This document shows, piece by piece, positions 52,476-64,000 of a stretch of 64,000 nucleotides of DNA (position 1 is the first letter of the stretch; each line of letters opens with the position of its first letter). The notes under the pieces were generated by a model that saw only the letters and a list, made by a program, of their open reading frames with translations, had not been told where the DNA came from and made no database searches. A program made the position numbers and the translations under genes. The DNA is taken from the NCBI RefSeq assembly GCF_009914755.1, contig NC_060929.1. One strand, given 5' to 3'. The DNA is from the human T2T-CHM13v2.0 reference genome, Homo sapiens.

Positions 52476-53179
52476 AAAATTGCATATAATTAAAGGACAC
52501 AAGAGACAATTTCCAATAAGAAAAGATTTTTATAATATGATTTGATAGCACATGATGAGGTCAATTAAATTTGGTTTCACTCTTCACCTCTTTAATTTGC
52601 ACTTGCTTCTTTAATAATAAAAAATCAAGATTAATTTGAGGGATTTTTGGCAGTGAATATGACACTACTTTCTATTGTATTGGTGCCAAATTTAAATAAA
52701 CTTTCTCCCCACTTATTTTTTAAGTAAATAATTAACTATGCTCAGAAATAACTCAGGCTCAATATTTCACACTTGAGGCTTTTCATCAGATTGTAGTGAC
52801 CTAAATTATCATTATTTTAATGTGCATTTAATCATTTAATATGTACATCAAAATTTATTGAAAATAATTTAATTAAATTATACACACATAAAGAAAAAAG
52901 AAAACAAATTCAAAAAATTAGATTTAAAATACAATTGTGACATTTATGTGATAATTTTGAGATTTAAATATTGTTGTGACAAATTTTTCTCTAAAATACA
53001 TTAAAGCAATTTAGAATTGTACATTATCTCAGGACAATTAGCCTAGGCAATTGTAAAATCTTAAGTGTGAGTTGTCCATAGGGACTTTCCCACTCTTTAC
53101 CAGAAGGTAATAATGTTGTGAAAAATGATCAGCTTTAGGCTGTTTCCAAAGAACAACAGTCACTTCTATAAGATCAGTA

Positions 53180-53470
53180 AGAATCCATCATGTGAGAAGA
53201 GTCTCCTAATACATTTTTCCTTTCTTTGGTCTCTCCTTCCTCCAGTTCATATTTCACATTGCTTCCAGAGTTTCTGAAGTAAAGATCTGATCATACCACT
53301 CCTCTTTTCTAAAACTGTCTGTGATTTTTCAGTGTCTAAGTTCTCATTTAGAATGTGTGCATTACTTTCTACCACTACCTCCTATGTACTCCATCTTTTA
53401 ACTACAAAAACTCAGAAATATTTTTCTTTAATAAACACTTATATGTATACATTATTCTCTACATTTCTTA
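53180..53470 (+). mobile_element. L2 fragment
   Basis: 'atctgatcataccactcctc...aaaac' is an L2-like motif. Confidence 0.5.
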
Positions 53471-53766
53471 ATCATCACTCCTCTGCTGTGTGGAGCTTGG
53501 ACTAAAGGAGCATAAGAGGTAATGACGGGAAAATGTAGTGTTAGCTTTTGTGAAAGCTGACAGTGACTTGAGGTAAAGTGATGGCAATGAGTGTTCAGGG
53601 GAACTCTCTGTGGACCCTGCTTTTCTACTTTCTAAATATTATGCAGGGCCCTATGGCAGTCACCACACTGGTAAGTCTTTCTTTTTTCTCCCCACTATGT
53701 TCCCTTATCACTCTGTACATAGTCCTATCATTGTACCTGTCCCAATTCAGAATAATGATTTATTAC

Positions 53767-54305
53767 TGATGGTGACAGAAGACAGGCAAATTCCTAGGCA
53801 GACAGGGGTGGGTTCCTGGTAGAGCTCAACCTTCAACCTGAGGAACAAACTGCCAGTTCCAGAAGAATCCCTGACCAGAGTGAGAACTTCTATCCCCATG
53901 TTACCCACTGTCTCTTGATTGGTTCCTTCTGGATGATGCCTTTTAACCAATTGAATGGTCCTTTTTCCAAGATCACCCATGAAACAATCAGCACGCACTC
54001 CCCATTCTAAACCCATGAAAACCCTGGACTCAGCCTCACAGACAGCTCCCCACTTCAGGTCTCCTCTTTTTGTCAAAAGGTTTTCTGTCGCTCAGTGAAA
54101 TTGTACTCTGCCTTGCTCACTCTCTGGTGTGGTGTCAGTGTGCCTCATTCCTCTTGGTCACAGGACAAGAACCTGAAACCCACTGAACAGCAGGAGTGAA
54201 AAGAACTGTAACACTCTCTTCTGCTTGCTGAACTATGGGAGTGGAAAAGCCACTGGATGCCACTGCCTCCCACTCATTGAACTACAGGAACAAAAAGCCA
54301 TGACA
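53767..54305 (+). mobile_element. ERV1 solo LTR (LTR28/LTR1-group-like)
   Basis: TG...CA ends ('tgatggtgacagaagacaggcaaattcctaggcag'...'gccatgaca'); 4-bp TSD ttac; CCAAT-like motifs. Confidence 0.8.
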
Positions 54306-54364
54306 TTACTATCCTTTATTTTCCAAGGCCTTCTCAGAAGCCACTGTAAGGCTACTCAATATGC

Positions 54365-54808
54365 TGTTCAGGGTCCCCTCAAGAAAATCATGTCACACTC
54401 AAAATGGGTATCTGAAGAGAGCTTAACCCATGAGACCCTTAACAAAATATGGGCAGAGTTACATAAATGGGGGCAGTGCAGCTCCCTGTGTTGACAATTT
54501 TAAGAAGTTGTCAGTCACCTTGACCTGAAGAGGCAAGATAAGGAAGCGGTTACCAGAATCCAGCATGCGCTATAGCTATAATGCCTCCTGCAAAGTATTT
54601 AGTAGAGGAATTCAGCCACTGACAAACTGTGGCTAAGTTGGATGGGAGCATGGGAAAATAAAAACCCTGACTTCATGCTCCCCTGGCCTTCTGAGGGCAA
54701 GGGATGCTAGCCAATGCAGTCCATTCAGGCTGGCCTCCTGCAATCCGTACAAGGCAGGCCAGAGAAGGTGGAGAGTGGATCTGGAGGGCAAATGCAAAGC
54801 TTCCAACA
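54365..54808 (-). mobile_element. ERVL LTR (LTR33-like)
   Basis: 'ggagagtggatctggagggcaaatg' is the reverse complement of the LTR33-type 5' end. Confidence 0.65.
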
Positions 54809-54984
54809 ATTCAATGCATGGAAAGGAAATGAGTTATGGACTTAACAGATAGAAACATGAATGATAATCCATGCATGGAAAGAGAATGAACAGTTGGAGT
54901 TTTCATGTGGACCTTACTGTCTGAATAGAACAGGGCCATGATGGTGACTAAGGCTTAAATTCCAAGTCTCTTTCTAGAAATTTG

Positions 54985-55165
54985 TATTTCTTGAAGTGTT
55001 TTTCCTAAGAACATTTGCATGGGAATCATTACATGTTAAAATGCAGATTTCTAGGCACTGTGTCAAGTCTACTGAGTCAGAATCTCTGAGGGTAAGACCC
55101 AGAATTTGAGATACCAACAAGTTTCCTAGTGATTCTGTTTTACTTTTTTTTTAGAACTACTGACC
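54985..55165. mobile_element. MER5-like hAT MITE
   Basis: 'tgttaaaatgcagatttctagg...ctactgagtcagaatctctgaggg...aacaagtttcctagtgattctg...agaactactg'. Confidence 0.75.
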
Positions 55166-56179
55166 TAGAAGCTTTTTGGAGTCATAAAATTCAGAAAGTT
55201 CTAGACAATTTTCTTCAATTTGTCACTGTACACTGGTTTTAACCTTCATGATAAATGCTACTCATAGTTAAGGTGTTAGTTTTCATCTGGAGATAATGTG
55301 AGACAAGCAAAATACTCATTGAAAAAAATTGCCAGGCTGTGAGCCCCTTGGGGGTAAACTGTCACTGACACAGAAGGAAATCTGCATTGAGAGGCTTATT
55401 TCTTTCCCTCCTCTTTTTCTGTGCAGAGTGTGTCTCGGGGAAGTCTCAACTCCCCAGCCCTTTGTCACAGACAGCTGGTTTGGAACCAAACTTAGTCATT
55501 ACTATGCACCCTAATCCCAGAGGTTCCACAGCCCTTAGACTAACAAAGCAAGCTCATTTTCAAGAAGCTTAATGTTGGTGATACTTCATCAGGTATTAGC
55601 AAATGTTCCCCCTAACAAACACATCCTCAGAAGCAACCCTGCTCAAAGCAGCGCATGCCAACAGGAGGATGGCAGCCCAGTTCCTAACCAAGCAGCACCA
55701 GGGACTCATTACAAGGTGTTGGGTACAAGGATGAAAGCACTCATGGTAGGTCGCATGCATGGTTGCTAAAGCAGCCAGCCTCCCAACCACGGCTCTGCAA
55801 TCCAGCACATGGAGGAAACATCCAGGCTGGGGATTAGAACTGTGTGACTTTGATATCTGAATATTAAGATCTTTCATTTTCCTTTTTGCCATGTAGACGA
55901 AAGAAAAAAAGATATAAGGAAATTGTTTAATATGAGGGAAAATAGTCTATATTATCAAGGAATTAGCAACCTGTGGTGAAAACTAAAGCACCAATAAAAT
56001 ATTGTGATTTAAAAAACATACTTTTAATATGTTTAATATTATGAAATATATTTTAGTCAGGAATGTCTTTATTTGCTGTCTCAGTGAAGTATTCTGATGA
56101 CATGTAAAATTAACTGATGCTTGGAAATATTTAAAACTCTAAAAAATAGAAGAATACAATAATAATTTTAATAGTTATA

Positions 56180-56490
56180 ATATTAATACCTGGTTCATAT
56201 TGAGTAGTTACTATGTTTTAGATGTGCTAAGCATTTTGCATATATTACTTCATTTAATTATTTTAACAGCAACCTAATGGCAAATGTATGATCTTATTTT
56301 TTTCCCATTTTCAAATGAAGAAAACTGAGACTCACCAAAACTTTGGCTTGAATTCCTAAGATCCCATCATTTGTAAGTGGGAGAAGAAACTTTTCAGATG
56401 TAGAAAACTGAGACTCACCAAAACTTTGGCTTAAATTCCTAAGATCCCATCATTTGTAAGTGGCAATGTTAAAGTTCTAACTGAACAACT
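56180..56490 (-). mobile_element. MIR with internal 73-bp duplication
   Basis: 'tgtgctaagcattttgcata...cccattttcaaatgaagaaaactgagactc'. Confidence 0.75.
56308..56463. repeat. Near-tandem duplication, 2 x 73 bp with a 10-bp spacer
   Basis: 56308-56380 vs 56391-56463, 3 mismatches counted by eye. Confidence 0.95.
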
Positions 56491-58140
56491 ACGAAGCCAG
56501 TATTTTTGGTTAAAACACCTATCTAATACTATTTGATATATATATTCAGTTTAAGTTCCCAAAGATTAGTAATGTTCTAGAAATGTTTACACTGTTTTAA
56601 AATAAACATTCCAATGGAATGTTATTTATATATAAGAATTATAAGGTAAAATCCCAAGATCTAGAATCAGATCCAGGTGCAAATAATGATTCTGTATTAA
56701 TTAGCTAGATGATTGTGCATCTCTGAGTCGTAATTTTGTTATCTACAAGCAGTACTACTAGGTGGAGCTGACACAATGTGTATTGAATGCCTATTAATTA
56801 AAATGGTGACTGTTATTACACTGTAGGTATTTATTAAACTTCCAGAGCGTTGGCATCTATTAAATAACAGCTATTATTAAAATGGATAATGTAGTCTTCA
56901 TACTGAAATTCAGAACATTTTTACAAATAACATGCATTCACTTATATTCACCAATCATCATACTTACATATTGTCATTCAGAAAAAAAGGTGTTGGACTT
57001 TTAGATGACCTGTATTGCAGAATAATTATTTTTCAGCTTAAAATGTGTGATATCAAATTTCAGTGCCATCTCTTACCCAAAAATTAAAATATATTTTTAC
57101 TTCTTAATTGTGACTCTTAAATATGAAGCCACAACTCAAGAGTAGGGTAGAGAAGCAGCTATGAAAAATGACAGTGATATGTGAGATGTAGGTGTGTTCA
57201 TAGGTTGCTTGGGTGGAATGAAGATATAGTTAATTAAAACTGAGGAAGTTAAGGGACTTTGAAGCCAGAGTGTTATTAATATGGATCATGAAACAGTGGG
57301 AGGATGAGGTCAAGATGTAAGGAGGGAAAGACTGAAAGACTGTGACCCATGTACTAAAATCACAGAAGCAGATCTGTTGGCATTGGTAGACAAGCACAAT
57401 AAAGATAAAGAAAATAGTTGAGTTTTTGAAGGTACTGAAAGAAGTTTGGAAGCAGCAATAGGAAGGAAGGCAAATGCTAATTCCCTAACCCAGATAAATA
57501 TCTCAGGACAGTTTTTCTGCTCTTGGATTCTGGTTATGCTGGAGAGATCTCTATACCAAGACAACTAGTTCGATCAGAAACGCAACAGAAGCCAGCCACT
57601 CCCTGGCTGCTACTATCTAATGTTTTCATTTGTCTCTAAGTTGGCTGCATTTGCATAAACTTGTTTATTCCTTTAAGAACAGCCCAATCCACACTTACTA
57701 TTCTGCAAATAATCTCACCTTCTACTTAAATGAGATCAAGACTGGTGGCAATGAGCTTTCTCAGTGTTTTTCTCAAAATTCCTCAGCTTTTTCATTTATC
57801 TTCTCCTCTCTTTTTCCCATCTCAGATGAAGTAACTTCAGGGCTCATTCATGGGTGACCTCATTCCATCACTTCCACATCCTCTGAGAACTTGTCCCAGT
57901 AATTACATACTCTGCCTCTTCCCTCACACATCTCTCTCTCTCTCTCAACTACATCCTTTACCTAAGACTGCAAACATGCTAACATGTTTGCTTATGTCCC
58001 ACCACTCTCTAATCTGTGAGCTCCCTTTTACTGGTAGATTTCTAAACAAACAAACAAACAAAAACTATCATAACAAGAGCAGTTTCCTTGCTTTATCTTT
58101 CACCATTTTCTCTACTGATCTAGTGAATCTGTCAGTGGTA

Positions 58141-58738
58141 TAGTAATGATTGGACTCCAATGAGTGGAGGAACACCAGGGTTCTTAGTCCTTGGGCTGGT
58201 TTGGATAAAATGACGGGGACACACGTAGAGTGGTTTTAAGGATTGGAGAGTTCAATAGGTAAGAAGGAAGGAAGAAGCACCTTCCTATAGAGACAGAGGG
58301 AGTGGGGCTCCAAAGCCGATAGAGGAAACCCCTAGTGCGGCAGGCAGCGGGGGGTGTGGTGGGGAACGTGGCATAAGGCTTAGGGGATTAGTTTGCTCAG
58401 GCATGTCACTCACATACCCCAGGAAAAAAATGGCCCTCCCACCCTCACCTTTTAATATGCAAATGAAGTGCTCCACATGCGGAAATGTGTGGGCGGCCAT
58501 GTTGTCAGGCACATGTTGGAGCAAGGGCAAGGAGAAGAGAGCTGGAATCGCCATGTTTGGGTGGACCCAGTTTCTAATGGCCTGCCTTTGCATATCAAAG
58601 TTTGCCAGCCGTGAGAGCCTAGGCTTTACTGCTAGAGGAGAAACGTTTCTGGAGCTGCTTTAAAAGAAATGGAAATTTTCCATGGACCCCTTTTCCTCTC
58701 TATCTGCCTAAAATAATTTCTTAATAACACCCATAACA
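58141..58738 (-). mobile_element. MER61-family ERV1 solo LTR
   Basis: Ends 'ccccttttcctctctatctgcctaaaataatttcttaataacacccataaca', the reverse complement of the MER61-type 5' end. Confidence 0.8.
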
Positions 58739-59084
58739 GTAATAAGCACCCAGACTTAAGATTTTTTTTCTTCCATCCTCATCTTCAGCTGCTCAGTAGC
58801 ATTGTTTTCATTACAGTTCTCCTCCAGTGCTTTCTATGATGCTGCTCTCAAATTGCTCCTTCTAGGATAACTTTGTGGACTATGATTCGTCATCCTGCTT
58901 CTTAAACAGAAGTTTCCAAAATTTTGATCTTTGGTTTCCGTATCTCTCTGTTCTTTCCCCAAAAAGTATCCTACAGTAGCCTGGCTTTAGTTACCATTTG
59001 TAAGCTAATCTATATATTGACCATCACCTACATCACTAGCTTTCTCTCACTTCAAAACTGCTTTCTGGAAACTAAATCCTGCGT

Positions 59085-59337
59085 GTGCACACTTATAAGT
59101 TGGAGATAAACACTGAGTACACATGGACATAATGATGGCAACAAGAGACACTGGGGAATACAAAAGACAGGAGGGAAGGAGGGGACAAGGGTTGAAAAAC
59201 TACCTATTGGGTACTATGCTCACCACCTGGGTGACAGATTCATTCATACTCCTAACCTCAACATCACACAATATGTCTTCATAACAAACCTGCACATGTA
59301 CCTCCTGACTATAGAATAAAAGTTGAAAAAAAAAAAT
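59085..59337 (+). mobile_element. L1PA15/16-like 3' end
   Basis: 'cacttataagt...gggttgaaaaactacctattgggtactatgctcac...aacaaacctgcacatgtac...aataaaagttgaaaaaaa'. Confidence 0.9.
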
Positions 59338-59587
59338 ACTGAACCAAAACTACTTTCTGTCCACCTCCACCAAAATGCCCTGCAAGCACCACAAACTAAG
59401 CCCAAAATCTTTCTCAGATCACCTCATTTCAACTCTGGGCCACCTTGATTGCAATATCTTCCTTTTTCCTCATATACAAATAGATTTTAAATCCCATGGA
59501 CTCAACCTCCATAAGATCTCAGACAATAACTACTCTGTTTCTGTCAACACCCTCTTCACTATCTTTCATCGGGTAGTGAACAATACC

Positions 59588-59824
59588 TTTTTTAAAAAAA
59601 TTATTATTTTAAGTTCCAGGATACATGTGCAGGATGTGCAGGTTTGTTACATAGGTAAATGTGTACCAAGGTGGTTTGCTGCCCCTGTTAAACTATCACC
59701 TAGGTATTAAGCCCAGCATGCATTAGCTATTTATTCTGATGCTGTTGTTCCCACAGCCCCCACTGACAGGCCCCAGTGTGTGTTGTTCCCTTTCCTGTGT
59801 CCATGTGTTATCATTGTTCAGCTC
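59588..59824 (-). mobile_element. L1PA8/10-like 3' end (host of the HERV-H insertion)
   Basis: 'ttaagttccaggatacatgtgcaggatgtgcaggtttgttacatagg...ccccagtgtgtgttgttcc...cattgttcagctc', cut by the LTR. Confidence 0.9.
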
Positions 59825-60258
59825 TGTCAGGCCTCTGAGCCCAAGCCAAGCCATCGCATCCCCTGTGACTTGCACACATATGCCCAGATGGCCCGAAGTA
59901 ACTGAAGAATCACAAAAGAAGTGAAAAGGCCCTGCCCCGCCTTAACTGATGACATTCCACCATTGTGATTTGTTCCTGCCCCACCTTAACTGAGTGATTA
60001 ACCCTGTGAATTTCCTTCTCCTGGCTCAGAAGCTCCTCCACTGAGCACCTTGTGACCCCCGCCCCTGCCCACCAGAGAACAACCCCCTTTGACTGTAATT
60101 TTCCATTACCTTCCCAAATCCTATAAAACAGCCCCACCCCTATCTCCCTTCACTGACTCTCTTTTCGGACTCAGTCCGCCTACACCCAGGTGAAATAAAC
60201 AGCCATGTTGCTCACACAAAGCCTGTTTGGTGGTCTCTTCACACGGATGCACATGAAA
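59825..60258 (+). mobile_element. HERV-H 5' LTR (LTR7 family, LTR7Y/type Ia-like)
   Basis: 'tgtcaggcctctgagcccaagc...ctataaaa...gaaataaa...ctcttcacacggatgcacatgaaa'. Confidence 0.95.
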
Positions 60259-60260
60259 TT

Positions 60261-60278
60261 TGGTGCCGTGACTTGGAT
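60261..60278 (+). other. Primer-binding site for tRNA-His
   Basis: tggtgccgtgacttggat vs canonical TGGTGCCGTGACTCGGAT (one CpG transition). Confidence 0.92.
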
Positions 60279-60400
60279 CGGGGGACCTCCCTTGGGAGAT
60301 CAATCCCCCATCCTCCTGCTCTTTGCTCCATGAGAAAGATCCACCTATGACCTCAGGTCCTCAGACCGACCAGCCCAAGGAACATCTCACCAATTTCAAA

Positions 60401-60410
60401 TCCGGTAAGT
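60401..60410 (+). promoter_or_regulatory. HERV-H major splice donor
   Basis: TCCG|GTAAGT about 145 nt after the LTR. Confidence 0.75.
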
Positions 60411-60699
60411 GGCCTCTTTTTACTCTCTTCTCCAACTTCCCTCACTATCCCTCAACCTCTTTCTCCTTTCAATCTTGGCGCTACACTTCAATCTCTCCCT
60501 TCTCTTAATTTCAATTCCTTTCATTTTCTGGTAGAGACAAAAGAGACAAGTTTTATCCGTGGACCCAAAACTCCAGAGCCGGTCACGGACTGAGAAGGCA
60601 GGCTTCCCTTGGTTTTTAATCATTGCAGGGACACCTCTCTGATTATTCACCCACATTTCAAAGGTGTCAGACCACACAGGGATGCCTGCCTTGGTCCTT

Positions 60700-61290
60700 C
60701 ACCCTTAGCAGCAAGTCCCGCTTTTCTGGGGGAGGGATAAGTACCCCAACCCCTTCTCTCCGTGTCTCTACCCCTTCTCTGCTTTTCTGGGGGAGGGGCA
60801 AGTACCCCTCAACCCCTTCTCCTTCACCCTTAGCGGCAAGTCCTACTTTTCTGGGGAAGGGGCAAGTAACCCAACCCCTTCTCTCCATGTCTCTACCCCT
60901 TCTCTGCTTTTCTGAGGGAGAGGCAAGTACCCCTCAACCCCTTCTCCTTCACCCTTAGCGGCAAGTCCTGCTTTTCTGGGGGAGGGGCAAGTACCCCAAC
61001 CCTTTCTCTCTGTGTCTCTACCCCTTCTCTGATTTTCTGGGGCAAGGGCAAGAACCCCTCAACCCTTTCTCCTACCCCTCAGCGGCAAGTCCCACTTTTC
61101 TAGGGGAGAGGCAAGTATCCCAACCCCTTCTTTCCATGTCTCTACCCCTTCTTTGCTTTTCTGGAGGAGAGGCAAGTACCCCAACCTCGTATCTCTGTGC
61201 CCCAATCCCTTATTTCCATGCCCCGAACTCGTATCTCTGCACCCCGACCCCTTCTCTGCTTTTCTGGAGGGCAAGAAACCCCCACCCCTT
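60700..61290 (+). repeat. HERV-H leader tandem repeats
   Basis: Recurrent 'cttttctggggga..ggcaagtacccc..aaccccttctc' units; higher-order period ~120 bp ('cacccttagc(a/g)gcaagtcc'). Confidence 0.9.
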
Positions 61291-61551
61291 CTCTGTGTCT
61301 CTACTCTTTTCTCTGGGCTTGCCTCCTTCACTATGGGCAAGCTTCCACCTTCCATTCCTCTTTCTCCCTTAGCATGTGTTCTTAAAAACTTAAAACCTCT
61401 TCAACTCTCACCTGACCTAAAATCTAAGTGTCTTATTTTCTTCTGCTATGCCGCTTGACCCCAATACAAACTTGACAGTAGTTCCAAATAGCCAGAAAAC
61501 GGCGCTTTCAATTTTTCCATCCTACAAGATCTAAATAATTCTTGTCGTAAA

Positions 61552-62507
61552 ATGGGCAAATGGTCTGAGGTGCCTGATGTCCAGGCATTCTTTTACACAT
61601 CAGTCCCTTCCTAGTCTCTGTGCCCAGTGCAACTCGTCCCAAATCTTCCTTCTTTCCCTCCCACCTGTCCCCTCAGTCCCAACCCCAAGCATCGCTGAGT
61701 CTTTCTAATCTTCCTTTTCTACAGACCCATCTGACCTCTCCCCTCCTCACCAGGCCAAGCTAGGTCCCAATTCTTCCTCAGCCTCCGCTCCTCCACCCTA
61801 TAATCTTTTTATTGCCTCCCCTCCTCACACCTGGTCCGGCTTACAGTTTCGTTCAGTGACTAGCCCTCCCCCACCTGCCCAGCAATTTACTCTTAAAAAG
61901 GTGACTGGAGCCAAAGGCATAGTCAAGGTTAATGCTCCTTTTTCTTTATCCCAAATCAGAAGCTTTTAGGCTCTTTTTCATCAAATATAAAAATCCAGCC
62001 CAGTTCATGGCTCGTTTGGCAGCAACCCTGAGAAGCTTTACAGCCCTAGACCCTAAAAGGTCAAAAGGCCGTCTTATTCTCAATATACATTACCCAATCT
62101 GCTCCCGACATTAAATAAAACTCCAAAAATTGGAATCTGGCCCTCAAACCCCACAACAGGACTTAATTAACCTCACCTTCAAGGTGTACAATAATTTAAA
62201 AAAGTTGCAATTCCTTGCCTCCACTGTGAGACAAACCCCAGCCACATCTCCAGCACACAAGAACTTCCAAACGCCTGAACCACAGCAGCCAGGCATTCCT
62301 CCAGAACCTCCTCCCCCAGGAGCTTGCTACAAGTGCCAGAAATCTGACCACCAGGCCAAGGAATGCCTGCAGCCCAGGATTCCTCCTAAGCTGTGTCCCA
62401 TCTGTGCAGGACCCCACTGGAAATCAGACTGTTCGACTCACCTGGCAGCCACTCCCAGAGCCCCTGGAACTCTGGCCCAAGGCTCTCTGACTGACTCCTC
62501 GGCTTAG
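61552..62507 (+). pseudogene. gag: HERV-H gag remnant with two CCHC zinc knuckles
   Basis: ORF 62130-62507 contains CYKCQKSDHQAKEC and CPICAGPHWKSDC; upstream frames are interrupted. Confidence 0.85.
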
Positions 62508-62569
62508 CAGCTGAAGACTGATGCTGCCTGATCACCTCAAAAGCCCTGTAGACCACCACAGACGCCGAG

Positions 62570-62810
62570 CTTCGAGTAACTCTCACAGTGGAAGGTAAGT
62601 CCGTCCCCTTAATCAATATGGAGGCTACCCACTCCACATTACCTTCTTTACAAGGGCCTGTTTCCCTTGCCTCTGTAACTGTTGTAGGTATTGACGGCCA
62701 GGCTTCTAAACCTCTTAAAACTCCCCAACTCTGGTGCCAACATAGACAATACTCTTTTAAGCACTCCTTTTTAGTTATCCCCACCTGCCCAGCTCCCTTA
62801 TTAGGCTGAG
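62570..62810 (+). pseudogene. pro: HERV-H protease remnant (catalytic motif lost)
   Basis: VEGKSVPLINMEATHSTL: the DTGA active site reads NMEA; flap VVGIDG is retained. Confidence 0.8.
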
Positions 62811-62989
62811 ACACTTTAACTAAATTATCTGCTTCCCTGACTATTCCTGGACTACAGCTATATCTCATTGCCGCCCTTCTTCCCAATCCAAAGCCTCCTT
62901 TGCGTCCTCCTCTTTATCCCCCCACCTTAACCCACAAGTATAAGATACCTCTACTCCCTCCTTAGCGACTGATCATGCACACCTTACCA

Positions 62990-64000
62990 TCTCATTAAAA
63001 CCTAATCACCCTTACCCCACTCAATGCCAATATCCCATCCCGCAGCACGCTTTAAAAAGATTAAAGCCTGTTATCACTCTCCTGCTACAGCATGGCCTTT
63101 TAAAGCCTCTAAACTCTCCTTACAATTCCCCCATTTTACCTGTCCTAAAACCAGACAAGCCTTACAAGTTAGTTTGGGATCTGCGCCTTATCAACCAAAT
63201 TGTTTTGCCTATCCACCCCGTGGTGCCAAACCCATATACTCTCCTATCCTCAATACCTACCTCTACAACCCATTATTCTGTTCTAGATCTCAAACATGCT
63301 TTCTTTACTATTCCTTTGCACCCTTAATCCCAGCCTCTCTTCGCTTTCACTTGGACTGACCCTGACACCCATCAAGCTCAGCAAATTACCTAGGCTGTAC
63401 TGCTGCAAAGCTTCACAGACAGCCCCCATTACTTCAATCAAGCCCAAATTTCTTCCTCATCTGTTACCTATCTCGGCATAATTCTCATAAAAACACAGGT
63501 GCTCTCCCTGCTGATCGTGTCTGATTAATCTCCCAAACCTCAATCCCTTACAAAACAACAACTCCTTTCCTTTCTAGGCATGGTTAGCGCGGTCAGAATT
63601 CTTACACAAGAGCCGGGACCGCGCCCTGTAGCCTTTCTGTCCAAACAACTTGACCTTACTGTTTTAGCCTAGCACTCATGTCTGCGTGCAGTGGCTGCCA
63701 CTGCTTTAATACTTTTAGAGGCCCTAAGAATCACAAACTATGCTCAACTCACTCTCTACATTTCTCATAACTTCCAAAATCTATTTTCTTCCTCATACCT
63801 GACGCATATACTTTCTGCTCCCCGGCTTCTTCAACTGTACTCACTCTTTGTTAAGTCCCACAATTACCATTGTTCTTGGCCTGGACTTCAATCTGGCCTC
63901 CCACATTATTCCTGATACCACACCTGACCCCCATGACTGTATCTCTCTGATCCACCTGACATTCACCCCATTTCCCCATATTTCCTTCTTTCCTGTTCCT
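62990..64000 (+). pseudogene. pol: HERV-H pol (RT) remnant, deleted and with stops
   Basis: Manual translation: SPYNSPILPVLKPDK...DLRLINQIV...VLDLKHAFFTIPLHP*SQPLFAFTW...QSFTDSPHYFNQ, then jumps to SVTYLG with no YxDD. Confidence 0.88.

Larger units (their letters stand above)
60259..64000 (+). mobile_element. HERV-H internal region (continues beyond the window)
   Basis: C-rich leader followed by gag, pro and pol remnants. Confidence 0.95.

Noticed and set aside
60700-61290. Regularly spaced repeats resembling a CRISPR array
   Set aside because: Eukaryotic retroviral leader repeats; the 'spacers' are themselves repetitive and there are no cas genes.
62130-64000. Coding-competent gag/pro/pol
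   Set aside because: Protease DTG motif lost, RT lacks YxDD and has stops; matches the common deleted HERV-H form.

Overview
AT-rich primate (probably human/hominoid) genomic DNA, judged from the AluY and an LTR7/HERV-H provirus. No intact protein-coding gene can be supported: the ORF track mostly reads through Alu, L1, MaLR and ERV remnants or is random. Layout: (1) 1-10.8 kb, scattered old repeats; (2) 10.9-35 kb, a deeply nested block containing a plus-strand L1M, a two-LTR MER34/MER39-like ERV1 provirus (itself holding a second ERV1 LTR, an Alu and a tRNA-Glu relic), MaLR elements, a minus-strand L1PA, and MER11 inside an AluJ; (3) about 36.0-47.4 kb, an ~11 kb stretch with no repeat I can recognise but with splice-signal and TF-motif clusters; (4) 47.4-59.8 kb, MIR/L2/L1/LTR patchwork; (5) 59.8-64 kb, the 5' half of a defective HERV-H provirus. 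The most unusual signal is a cluster of locally templated insertion scars in 11.9-17.8 kb: a 183-bp direct copy, an 81-bp inverted copy and a fold-back insert, each with junction stutters. Next are a minus-strand TACTAAC-acceptor/5-nt-microexon arrangement and a nuclear-receptor DR1/DR2 array in the repeat-free block. Repeat subfamily names come from recalled consensus sequences and need RepeatMasker/Dfam confirmation. I found no evidence for a wholly new enzymatic system.
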